From Halomicrobium mukohataei DSM 12286 (GTDB lineage Archaea; Halobacteriota; Halobacteria; Halobacteriales; Haloarculaceae), in contig NC_013201.1 of NCBI RefSeq assembly GCF_000023965.1, positions 30,001-62,000 of the forward strand: 32,000 nt of DNA. The letters are read 5' to 3'. How positions within the stretch are numbered: position 1 is the stretch's first letter; the number at the start of each line of letters is the position of its first letter. Positions 17,251-26,215 of the stretch are shown one piece after another. The notes beneath the pieces are model-generated. The model worked only from the letters and a program-made list of their open reading frames with translations. It did not search any database and had not been told where the DNA came from. The position numbers and the translations under genes are program-made.

Positions 17251-17314
17251 GATGGCACGGTCCCGGATATCACAGTCCCGGATGCCGTAGTTTCAGATGG
17301 CGCGGTCCCGGATG
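17251..17314 (+). repeat. Three direct repeats containing GTCCCGGAT upstream of the AAA+ operon
   Basis: GATGGCACGGTCCCGGAT lies at 17251-17268, CACAGTCCCGGATG at 17271-17284 and GATGGCGCGGTCCCGGATG at 17296-17314. Confidence 0.6.
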
Positions 17315-17475
17315 AGTCTGTGCCCCATGCCGGAACAAAACATTTCCCGGTCCAACCGAAACGTGCGTAGCAACGTGGTTTTCTCAGGAACGACGCCGTT
17401 CTCGTCGCGTGATCGCGCACCGACCGGACCCGACGACGGGCACACGCCCGCGTCGGCCGAGCGGGACTCGGGACG

Positions 17476-18402
17476 ATGACGGTCCCGGAGACGACGGCGG
17501 ACGCCGACACCGTCGGTGAACGCACGGGCGAGCAGTTCGGCGAGCTCTCGGTGCTGGCAGACACCGGGCACGAGAAGGTACCGGAAATCGAGCGCGACGA
17601 CTACCACCACCGCCAGATCGAGGGCGATCGGACGGACGTCGAGATCGTCACCCGCGCGCTGGAACTGGGGATGAACGTCGTCCTCAAGGGTCCCCCCGGC
17701 GTCGGCAAGAGCTTCCTCACGCGGTACGTCTGTGCGATGACGAACCGACCGCTGTACCGCGTGACGCTCTCGGAGACGACGTACCGCGAGGACCTGCTCG
17801 GTCACCTCCATCTCGTGAGCGGCGACGGCGGCGAAACGGTCACGGAGTGGATCGACGGGCCGCTGACCCGTGCGGTCAGGGAGGGAGCGGTCCTCCTGCT
17901 CGACGAGATCAACGCCGCCGACGCCAACACCGTCGCCGCTCTCAACGCCGTGATGGAACAGCGCGCGACCCGGTCGCTGACGATCCCACAGACGGGCGAG
18001 CAGCTCGTCCCACACGAGGAGTTTCGCGTCGTCGCGACCTCGAACCCCGGCTATCAGGGGACCTACGAGCTCAACGACGCCTTCGAGGATCGGTTTCGCC
18101 ACGTCAAGCTCTCCTATCTCCCGGAGTCGGTCGAGGTCGAACTCGTCTTCGACCGGACGGACCTCGACAGGGGGAAAGCAGCTCAGATCCGGGACCTGGT
18201 GTCGTTCGCGAGCCGACTCCGGGAGGCGTACGTCGACGGAGAGCTGTCGACGCCGGTCACGACCCGGGAGCTCGTTCGAATCGCCCGGTTCATGGAAGAC
18301 GACTTCATGACCGTCGGGGAGGCGGCCAGGAGCGAACTCGTCGCGCGCGTCGACGAGTACGACGAGTCGCTGGTCCGAACCCTCATCGACAAACGACTGT
18401 AG
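17476..18402 (+). CDS. CbbQ/NorQ-type (MoxR-superfamily, AAA_5-like) AAA+ ATPase
   Basis: Walker A is VVLKGPPGVGKS. The run WIDGPLTRAVREGAVLLLDEINAA (Walker B), TSNPGYQGTYELNDAFEDRF and the ~300-aa single-AAA size match the NorQ/CbbQ pattern. Confidence 0.93.
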   Translation: MTVPETTADADTVGERTGEQFGELSVLADTGHEKVPEIERDDYHHRQIEGDRTDVEIVTRALELGMNVVLKGPPGVGKSFLTRYVCAMTNRPLYRVTLSETTYREDLLGHLHLVSGDGGETVTEWIDGPLTRAVREGAVLLLDEINAADANTVAALNAVMEQRATRSLTIPQTGEQLVPHEEFRVVATSNPGYQGTYELNDAFEDRFRHVKLSYLPESVEVELVFDRTDLDRGKAAQIRDLVSFASRLREAYVDGELSTPVTTRELVRIARFMEDDFMTVGEAARSELVARVDEYDESLVRTLIDKRL

Positions 18403-20307
18403 ATGCGACTGACAGCACAGACCGAGCCGCCGGACCTCGCCGCCCTCTCGACGCCAGAGCGGGCCTCCAGCGAGCGCCGCCGAGAGCTCGAACGCCTCGC
18501 GTCGCTGTGTACGGACAGGGAGAGGACGATCTCGATCGCCTTCGACGAGGAGCGAGCGTTCGCTCGGCCGGCCGAGGGGGCCGGCCCGGACGCCTACGAG
18601 ATCGTGCTGCCGACGGAGAAATACGAGCAGCCCGGCACGGAGCTGCCGCCGGGGCTGTGGGATCGCTCGATCCAGGTCGCCTTTCTCTTCCACGAACTGG
18701 GCCACGTCTACTACTCCGACTTCGATCGCTTCGGCGACTGTTTAGAGCGGGTCGACGGGCGCTGGCGCGACCTGTTTCGGATGGTGTACAACACCGCCGA
18801 GGACGGCGTCGTCGAGACTCAGATCGCCAACGAGTTCTCAGTCACCGACGACTTCGTCCTCCTCAACGACGTGCTCGTCTCGCGGGCCGACGAGCGACAC
18901 CGCGCGTACGTCGACCTGTTCGACCTCGCGACCGCCGACGGCGAGCCGGTCCAGTCCTACACCGTCTTCGAAGCCCTCGCAGTCGGGCTGCTCGACCGTG
19001 GCTTCGTCGACAGCGGTCGCTTCGCCGCCATCGTCGACCCGGACGACGACCGGCGTGTCGTCTACGACGGCCAGCGGGAGGCGCTCGTCGACCTCGTCCC
19101 GGCGATGGACGAGTTCGTCGCCGACGTGCTCTCGGAGCCCGACGGCACCCGGCGGGTCGACCGGGCCCACGACTTCTTTGAGACCGCCAGAGACACCCTC
19201 GCTGGGCTCCCGCCGCGACAGAACGGTCGGCTCCAGACCGCGCCGGTCCGGCCCAGCGACGCCCGGGCCCGCGCCGGCTGGACCGCAGACGCGGCGGACC
19301 GGCTGCCCGACGACGGGGCGGCCAGCGCGCACGTCGCCCGAGATCGCGCTGCTGACGACCGGTCCGCCTCCGGAGCCAGCGGTGCGGGAAGCGTCGCCGA
19401 TCCGGACGAGGACCGGCGGCCGCCGGGCCGCGTCGAGGACGACACGGTCAGACGGGTCCGGCGACGGAGCGTGCGCGCCCAGTCGAACCGGGCGGGCTCG
19501 GGCCGGTCACCCCTCGAACGCGAGGCCCGACACCTCCTCGATGTCGTCGACGACGAGTCGACGGCTCTCGAAGAGGTGATCGTCGTCGACCCCGCCGAGG
19601 ACGGTGGCGACCGGGACCGCTGGGACGACGCGGTCGGGCGTTCGAAGCAACTCCAGCGGGACCTCTCGACGCAGCTTCGCCGCGAGCGCCGTCCCAGAGA
19701 TGAGCCTGGTCATCGCACCGGCCGACTCGACGGGCGGCGACTCGTCGGCGCGAGCCACGGGGCCCAGCGGGTCTTCACCCGCCGGGAGTCCGGGACGGCC
19801 AAAGACCACTCCTGTCTGGTCGTGCTGGACCGGTCGGGATCGATGGACGGCGAACCGATCCGGACGGCCGAGACTGCGACGGCCCAGCTCGTCCACGCGC
19901 TGTTCGCGGTCGGGGTCGACGCGTCCGTGCTGTCGATCTGGGAGGGGTATCCGTGTCTGGAACTCCCCTTCGGGGGTCGCCCGTCCGAGCACGTCGACCG
20001 GCTGATGACCGAACGTGCGGACTGGGGGACGCCGCTCTCGACGGCCGTCGCCGTCGCCCGTGAGCGCCTCGACGACGGCCGGGGATCTCACCCGTTCGTC
20101 GTCGTCGTGACCGACGGCGCGCCGGACCACCCCGACCGCTACCAGTCGCAGCTGGCGGCGTGTACCGTTCCCGTGTTCGGCGTCTACATCGGGTCGGAAC
20201 CGGGCACTCACACCGAGTACTTCGACCGGATCGTCCACGCCGAGACCGACACGCTCGCACGAACGATGCAGCGCCTCGTCAGGGCGCTGTTCTCGACGGA
20301 GGCCTGA
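18403..20307 (+). CDS. VWA-domain protein (NorD/CbbO-like partner) with an N-terminal HExxH motif
   Basis: The start ATG directly follows the upstream TAG (TAGATG at 18400-18405). The C-terminal VWA domain has the MIDAS motif VVLDRSGSMDG plus FVVVVTDGAPD. The N-terminal region has FLFHELGHVYYSDFD and a downstream NTAEDG. Confidence 0.9.
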   Translation: MRLTAQTEPPDLAALSTPERASSERRRELERLASLCTDRERTISIAFDEERAFARPAEGAGPDAYEIVLPTEKYEQPGTELPPGLWDRSIQVAFLFHELGHVYYSDFDRFGDCLERVDGRWRDLFRMVYNTAEDGVVETQIANEFSVTDDFVLLNDVLVSRADERHRAYVDLFDLATADGEPVQSYTVFEALAVGLLDRGFVDSGRFAAIVDPDDDRRVVYDGQREALVDLVPAMDEFVADVLSEPDGTRRVDRAHDFFETARDTLAGLPPRQNGRLQTAPVRPSDARARAGWTADAADRLPDDGAASAHVARDRAADDRSASGASGAGSVADPDEDRRPPGRVEDDTVRRVRRRSVRAQSNRAGSGRSPLEREARHLLDVVDDESTALEEVIVVDPAEDGGDRDRWDDAVGRSKQLQRDLSTQLRRERRPRDEPGHRTGRLDGRRLVGASHGAQRVFTRRESGTAKDHSCLVVLDRSGSMDGEPIRTAETATAQLVHALFAVGVDASVLSIWEGYPCLELPFGGRPSEHVDRLMTERADWGTPLSTAVAVARERLDDGRGSHPFVVVVTDGAPDHPDRYQSQLAACTVPVFGVYIGSEPGTHTEYFDRIVHAETDTLARTMQRLVRALFSTEA

Positions 20308-20310
20308 ACC

Positions 20311-23300
20311 GTGTTCGATCGGACGCCGCGGTCGCTCCGTGTCGGCTTCGAGACCGGACACCTCTCGGGCGAGTCGGTGATCGACCGCGCGCTCCCAGCC
20401 CTCGGTTCGGAGACGATCGCGCGGCGACGAGCAGCGCTCGCGGCGCTCGCGGCGGCCACCGACTCACGGCCCGACCGGACGACCGAAGTCGTCGACGCGG
20501 TCGAGTCGTCGATCGGACCGGGAGCGACCCCGACGCGGGCAGAGCTGGCGGCGTTGCGTGATCTGGGCTGCCGTCGGCCGCGGGCGTTCGCGCCGCTGGT
20601 CGAGACGTTCCGACGGCCCCTCACGCATGCCGGCGAATCCGCCGTCGACACCGCCGCGCTCTCGGCGCTCCTCGGTGATCTCGGCACCGCGGCTCCGGGT
20701 GTGGCAAAGCCACTGCTCGGCCCGCTGGTCGACGCGGCCGACGACGCCCACCCGGCAGTCCGAAACGAGGCCGCCTGGGCGGTCGTGCGGGTCGCGACGA
20801 GCGAACCGGCCATGCTTCGGCCCCTCGTCGCCGGCCTCGTCTGGGAGCTGGACCGCGAGAACCCGGCCACCGTCCGTGACGCGCTCGCGACGCTCGGCCG
20901 GATCGGACAGTTCCTGCCCGCCCACCTCGCGGGACTGGACGCGATCGCGTCGCTGCTCGACCACCCGTCCCCGGACGTTCGGACCGCCGCGATCGAGGCC
21001 CTCGGGGAGACGGCGGGACGCGGTACGAAGTTCGACACCGGCGTCTCAGCACCGGCCCGCGTCGAGCCCTTTCTGGACACCGTTGCCGAGCGCGCGACCG
21101 ACCCGGAGCCACAGGTCCGGGCAGCGGCCCTCAAGACGCTGGGACGGGTAGCTCGCCACGAGCCACGCCTGGCTGGGACGTACACCCAGCGGTTCCTGGC
21201 CGCGACCGACGACGACGACCGCCGCGTTCGGCACACGGCCCTCAACGCGATCGGTGACACGTTCGATCCGTCGACGATCGATCTCGCGCGCTTCCAGCGA
21301 CGGGTGGTACCCCGGCTGACCGACGGAGACGACGACGTTCTGGGTGCCGCCGTCGGGGTGCTCCTGACGGCCGTCCGGGCACTGCGCTCGGACCACCCCG
21401 GACGGGCACGGTATCTCGTCGATCTGCTCGTGTGGTTCCAGCTGTCGCCCCACAGCGGGCTGGGCGTTCCGGATCCACTCGACGAACTGGGCTCGGAACT
21501 GGCCGCACTCGCCGATCTCGACCGGTATCTGGAAGTCACGCGCACGCTCCGAGACGCCGACGACGACTCGCTGCGCCACGCGGGCGTTTCGATCTGCGAC
21601 GCGATCGCGCGCCACGCCGACAGCCATCGGCTCGCGGCCGTCGGCGTCCTCCAGTCGATGCTCGCCGACGAGGACGAGCACGTGCGGCGGCGCGTCCTGT
21701 CTGTCTTCGAACGACTCGCCGAGATCGAACCGACCCTGTGCTCGCTGCTCGGGCGGATTGCCTGGCCCGTGGCCGCCTACGATCCCGCGGTGCGACCCCA
21801 GGCCGTGTCGGTGCTCGCAGCCACCGGACAGACCGACGCCAAGCACCACACCGGACCGGTCGCCGTGCAGTGTCGCGTCCTCCGGGACCGCCGGGACGCC
21901 GAGGACGAGGGCGACGGGATGGATATTCTCGATCCGGACCCGGCGTCCGAACCGCTCCAGCGACTCGCCGAGGCCGCGCCGGAGGCCGTCACCGAGGCGG
22001 CACCGACGCTGGTCGAGTTCCTCGGCGACGACGAGTGTGACGCGCTCGTCGCCGAGGCCCTCGCTACTGCCGTCGCCGAGGGTGGCCGACTCACGACGGC
22101 GACCGTTCGGCGTCTCGAAGCCGTCGTCCAGTCGGACCCGGTCGCGCCGCCGCTGCTCGCGTGGCTCTCGACGCTCCTTCTCCTCGACGGCGACGAGGCA
22201 GCGCGCAGACGGGCACGCGACCGCCTCCACTCCCTGGCCGAGCGACGCGAAGAGACGCCGCTGCTCGCGTGTCTGTCCGTGCTCGTCGACCACGAGCCGA
22301 CCGTCGTCGCCGAGGTGCTCGGCTCCTGTCCGCCCGGCGAGACGCTCTCGGAGTCGCGCGCCCGGCGACTGGCGAGGCTCGTCACCGCTCACCCGCGACT
22401 CCTGTTGCGCTGTCGGACCGGCTGGTCGCCGTTCCCCGAGAGCGCACGCGAGCGCGAGCGCCCCGGACGGACGGCGTGGCCGACGGCGCTGGCCGAGACG
22501 GCTCCCCAGACCGTCTCGGCGACTGACTGGCTCGCAGAGCGGTTCTGGACCGACGACGGCGAACTGACCGCGTCCCTGCTCGAAACGATGGGCCGCGCGG
22601 ACTCGCTCCCGGGCGGTCCCGACGATGCGTGGCGACACCACCCCAGTCCCGCGGTCAGAGACGCCGCCTGCGCGCTGCTGGACGGTGACCCAGACACAGA
22701 CGGGGACGCCGAGCGGGGCGCTTCGACGGTCGACCCGGCAGCGGCCACGGCCGACACCGTCGACGAGATCGCGTCCCGCCTCGCCGCGGCGTCTCGCGAC
22801 CGCTGTCGCCGCGCCTGCGAGCGTCTGGTCTCGATCGCCGTCCACGCTCCCTCCCTGCGTCCGACCGTCCGTCAGCAGCTCCTCGCCAGTACCCCCACGC
22901 TCCGGGAGACGGCCTCGCCCGTCGCCGTCCTCGGCGCGCTGTCGACGCTCGCTCCCCGCGTCGAGACCCCCTCTGAGCGGACGGCCTCCTCGGCTCCACC
23001 GGCAGAGAGCGTCGGGGCGTTGCTCTGTCGGTACGCGTCCGCGCCGTCGCCCGGCGTCCGCGACGTTGCACTGTCCGCGTTGCGTGTCGGGGCGACGGAC
23101 GAGCCGGCGGCGCTCGCGGACGTGGTGATCGAGCGACTGCGCGACCCGTCCGACGCTGTTCGCGCCCAGGCCGCCCACACGGCCGCCACGCTGGTCGGAG
23201 ACTCCCTGCGCGTCTCCTCGCCCCTCGTCGACGCGCTCTGTGACGCGGTCGACGGCCCTCGATACGTCGCGCTCGCGGCCTGTCGCGCGCTGGGTCACTG

Positions 23301-24768
23301 CGGAGCGATCGAGCCGTCGGTCACGGACCGCGTGGTCGCGGCGTTGACGACGCACCTTCGCGCACGCGAGCGCGGCGTCAGGCGCTCGGCCGCCGGTGGG
23401 CTCGCCCGAATCGGTCACGCCGATCCGGCTGCGCTCGTCCCGGTCGCCGACACGCTGTGTGACCGGATCCGGACCGACAGCGTGACGCGGCCCGCTCTGT
23501 TGTCCGTGGTGACGATCCTGGTGACGGAGTGCTCGGTGGCACTCGACTCACTCGTCGAGCCGTCGCTGACGGCCCTCGTCTCCGACACCTCTCCGACCGT
23601 CACCCGTGCCGCCGGTCGCTTGCTCGCCGCCGTCGCCGAGGACGCGCCCGGCACCGTTCACGGACGGCTCCACCCCGTCGGCGAGCGCCTCCACGAGGAG
23701 TACGACGGCGAGATCGTCACCAACTTCCGGGACATCGCTCCCAGCCCGCTGTCGACGTACTGGCTCTTTCGGGTCGTCGCCACCTGCGCGCGGGCCAACC
23801 ACACGATCACGGAGTCGTTCGCGTGGGCGCTGTCCGAGACCGTCGACTTTCTCACCTCGCCCGCGGCGGCCTCGCCCCACTACGACCTCCCGCGCGACAG
23901 CGTCACCACGGACGGACTGGCGACGGTGACCGCGCGAGCGGCGGGGCTCGGCGGCGACTCGTCCTACGAGACGATCCTCGAATCGTGGCCGGGCGATCCG
24001 ACGAAACCGTCCCTGGAGCCGGCGGTGACCGCGCAGTTTCTCGTCCTCGTCGACGACCAGACGCGGGACCGCTCGTTCGAACACATCGAGAATCACGTCG
24101 CGCCCGCCGACCGCGACGACGTTCTGGCGGCACTGCTTTCCCAGTCGGTCAACCTGAACCGCTACGAGGCCGTCTTCGCGTCGCTCACCCGGCTCCTCCC
24201 GCTGAGCGACGACGAGGGGCTGCACCGCCGCGGCGTCGCGACGCTGCTCGACGCCTGCGAGGCCCACAACTGGGCGGTTCGCGTCGACGCCATCGAGGCG
24301 ATCGCGACGCTCGGAACCACCGCGGTGCTCCCGGCCGACGAGGCGATCGGTCACCTGCTGGGACGGCCCGGGCGGGAACCGCGAACGCACGAGGCGATCG
24401 TCGACGCGGTCCTCGACCTGCTGGGCCACGCCGAACGCACGCCCGAGACGGTAGCCACCGCGATGGCCGTCCGGTACGAACGCGGCGGACCAGCGCGTCG
24501 CCGACTCGCCGTCTGGCTGCTCGGGCGACTGGCGACGCGCCACGCGACGGTCCGCTCGCGAGCGGTGGCGACCCTGCTCGCGGCGCTGTCGGACTCGGAC
24601 CGCTGGGCGAGAGAACGGGCCGGCGAGGACCTGGCCGCGATCGCGGCGATCGATCCGGAGCCACTCGCCGCCCACCGCGAGCGACTCGAACGTCGGGTAA
24701 CGCGGGCCGACGGCGAGGTGGCGGATGACCTCCGGACGTGTCTCTCCGAACTGGACGACCCGAGGTAA
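20311..24768 (+). CDS. Giant (1485 aa) HEAT/ARM-repeat protein
   Basis: A GTG start lies 3 nt after the VWA stop. HEAT-type helices carrying the characteristic D/N-x-x-VR recur along the whole length. Examples are HPAVRNEAAWAV, SPDVRTAAIEALG, EPQVRAAALKTLG, DRRVRHTALNAIG, SPGVRDVALSAL, SDAVRAQAAHTA, ERGVRRSAAGGL, NWAVRVDAIEAI and DRWARERAGEDL. Confidence 0.85.
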   Translation: MFDRTPRSLRVGFETGHLSGESVIDRALPALGSETIARRRAALAALAAATDSRPDRTTEVVDAVESSIGPGATPTRAELAALRDLGCRRPRAFAPLVETFRRPLTHAGESAVDTAALSALLGDLGTAAPGVAKPLLGPLVDAADDAHPAVRNEAAWAVVRVATSEPAMLRPLVAGLVWELDRENPATVRDALATLGRIGQFLPAHLAGLDAIASLLDHPSPDVRTAAIEALGETAGRGTKFDTGVSAPARVEPFLDTVAERATDPEPQVRAAALKTLGRVARHEPRLAGTYTQRFLAATDDDDRRVRHTALNAIGDTFDPSTIDLARFQRRVVPRLTDGDDDVLGAAVGVLLTAVRALRSDHPGRARYLVDLLVWFQLSPHSGLGVPDPLDELGSELAALADLDRYLEVTRTLRDADDDSLRHAGVSICDAIARHADSHRLAAVGVLQSMLADEDEHVRRRVLSVFERLAEIEPTLCSLLGRIAWPVAAYDPAVRPQAVSVLAATGQTDAKHHTGPVAVQCRVLRDRRDAEDEGDGMDILDPDPASEPLQRLAEAAPEAVTEAAPTLVEFLGDDECDALVAEALATAVAEGGRLTTATVRRLEAVVQSDPVAPPLLAWLSTLLLLDGDEAARRRARDRLHSLAERREETPLLACLSVLVDHEPTVVAEVLGSCPPGETLSESRARRLARLVTAHPRLLLRCRTGWSPFPESARERERPGRTAWPTALAETAPQTVSATDWLAERFWTDDGELTASLLETMGRADSLPGGPDDAWRHHPSPAVRDAACALLDGDPDTDGDAERGASTVDPAAATADTVDEIASRLAAASRDRCRRACERLVSIAVHAPSLRPTVRQQLLASTPTLRETASPVAVLGALSTLAPRVETPSERTASSAPPAESVGALLCRYASAPSPGVRDVALSALRVGATDEPAALADVVIERLRDPSDAVRAQAAHTAATLVGDSLRVSSPLVDALCDAVDGPRYVALAACRALGHCGAIEPSVTDRVVAALTTHLRARERGVRRSAAGGLARIGHADPAALVPVADTLCDRIRTDSVTRPALLSVVTILVTECSVALDSLVEPSLTALVSDTSPTVTRAAGRLLAAVAEDAPGTVHGRLHPVGERLHEEYDGEIVTNFRDIAPSPLSTYWLFRVVATCARANHTITESFAWALSETVDFLTSPAAASPHYDLPRDSVTTDGLATVTARAAGLGGDSSYETILESWPGDPTKPSLEPAVTAQFLVLVDDQTRDRSFEHIENHVAPADRDDVLAALLSQSVNLNRYEAVFASLTRLLPLSDDEGLHRRGVATLLDACEAHNWAVRVDAIEAIATLGTTAVLPADEAIGHLLGRPGREPRTHEAIVDAVLDLLGHAERTPETVATAMAVRYERGGPARRRLAVWLLGRLATRHATVRSRAVATLLAALSDSDRWARERAGEDLAAIAAIDPEPLAAHRERLERRVTRADGEVADDLRTCLSELDDPR

Positions 24769-24804
24769 TCACTCCCGCCCGGACCCTCTCTGCGCCCGTA
24801 CCGC

Positions 24805-26049
24805 TCACAGCAGGAACGCGAAGACCGGATACGAGGCGGCGATCGCCAGCGACGGGGTCAACAGCCACATCGTCACGATCCGCTTCGCTGCGCCCGGATC
24901 GAAGAGGCTCCGCTCGTCGAGATCCGCGGGGCCCTCCGCGCCCACGTCTGGCACGTCCGGCACCTCTTCGGGCTTCTCCGCGGGCTCTTCCTCGCGGGCG
25001 ATATCCCCGATGGTCGGACCGGTGGGTGCCTCCTCGACGCGCGAGGTGACCAGCGCGCCCGTCGTGACCTCCAGATCCGGGCGCTCGGGGGTCGGCGTCG
25101 CCAGCTGCTTCAACGTCGCGGCTCGACTCGCCCGCCCCCAGCCCAGCCCGATGATCGTCGAGGTCGTACTGACCGCGAGACTCGCGGGGATCCCGAAGTA
25201 AGACAGCACCGTGATCACCGAGGCACCGACCACGGAGACGATCAGCGACGCGAGAATCGGCAGCTCCGTGATGTCGTCGCCGACCGTCTCCAGGGTCCGC
25301 CGAGCGATGGTGAAACTCCCCAGCCCGAAGGCCGCCACCGCGAGCAAGACGCCCTGGTTGACGGTCAGCGATCCACCCTCTCCGACCAGCGGGGCCACGG
25401 CGTTGGCCGCGTTCGACGCGCCCGCCGAGAACGCCATGTAGCAGGCGATCACGATCACCAGGAGCGAGCCGACGATGTCCTGTGGCGACGCGTTCACGTT
25501 CAGATACGGACGCGGGATCGTTCCCGAGCGGTCGAGCTGGACGAAGTGGAGGTCGAACTTCGTGAACGCGACGTAGCGGTCGAGATGCGGGTAGACGTAC
25601 CGTCCGACGACGACGCCGATGACGAAGCACAGAAGCGGCGCGACGATCCACGCCGAGACGATCACGAACATGAGCGCCTGGTTGAGGGTGCCGGAGGCCA
25701 GGCCCAGCCCGACGATCGCGCCGACGGCCGTCATCGAGGTCGAGGCCGAGACGCCGTAGAGATTCGAGATCAACAGCGACGCGCCCGTAAAGAACAGCAC
25801 CGCGACGCTCGCGACGGGCGTGAACTGGGCCGCCGGCACGATACTGCTGCTCATCGTCGCGATGACGTTTCGCCCGACCGTCCAGGCACCCAGGAAGCCG
25901 AACGCGACGAACAGCGCACCCGCTGTCGTCTTCCGTACGAGGCGTGAGCCGACCGCCGGGCCGAACGCCACCCCCGTCGACGAGCCGCCGATGTTGAACC
26001 CCACGAACACGGCGACGACGATACCGACGATGGCTACGGTTCCGAGCAT
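24805..26049 (-). CDS. pitA: PiT-family inorganic phosphate transporter
   Basis: PiT signature repeats GFNIGGSSTGVAFGPAVGS and FSAGASNAANAVAPLVG are present. The protein is multi-pass hydrophobic with an acidic loop near the C-terminus. I prefer the start MLGTVAIVG at 26049; the ORF-track start is 26148. Confidence 0.9.
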   Translation of the reverse strand: MLGTVAIVGIVVAVFVGFNIGGSSTGVAFGPAVGSRLVRKTTAGALFVAFGFLGAWTVGRNVIATMSSSIVPAAQFTPVASVAVLFFTGASLLISNLYGVSASTSMTAVGAIVGLGLASGTLNQALMFVIVSAWIVAPLLCFVIGVVVGRYVYPHLDRYVAFTKFDLHFVQLDRSGTIPRPYLNVNASPQDIVGSLLVIVIACYMAFSAGASNAANAVAPLVGEGGSLTVNQGVLLAVAAFGLGSFTIARRTLETVGDDITELPILASLIVSVVGASVITVLSYFGIPASLAVSTTSTIIGLGWGRASRAATLKQLATPTPERPDLEVTTGALVTSRVEEAPTGPTIGDIAREEEPAEKPEEVPDVPDVGAEGPADLDERSLFDPGAAKRIVTMWLLTPSLAIAASYPVFAFLL

Positions 26050-26215
26050 TCTGTCTCTCCCGATACTGCCGTCTGGCCGCGCATAAAACGATTCGGTATC
26101 TCTGGAGCCGCCCGGCTCGAAGCGAGTATAGCCAACGGTATGAATCACCGTCGCCCGGCACCCATATAACTCCTGCCGACCGCTCCGAGCCGATGTCGCC
26201 CGAGCGTCGCCGCTC

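Noticed and set aside
17293-19181. 470-aa minus-strand and 444-aa plus-strand ORFs overlapping the AAA+ and VWA genes
   Set aside because: They are Arg-rich alternative frames without motifs. The annotated frames carry Walker A/B and MIDAS motifs and coupled start/stop codons.
21046-23418. 790-aa minus-strand ORF, plus the 20208-21545 (445 aa), 23529-24728 and 23548-24675 ORFs
   Set aside because: They are Arg-rich shadow frames overlapping the 1485-aa HEAT protein. The plus frame has repeated HEAT signatures and an acidic, Ala/Leu-rich composition.
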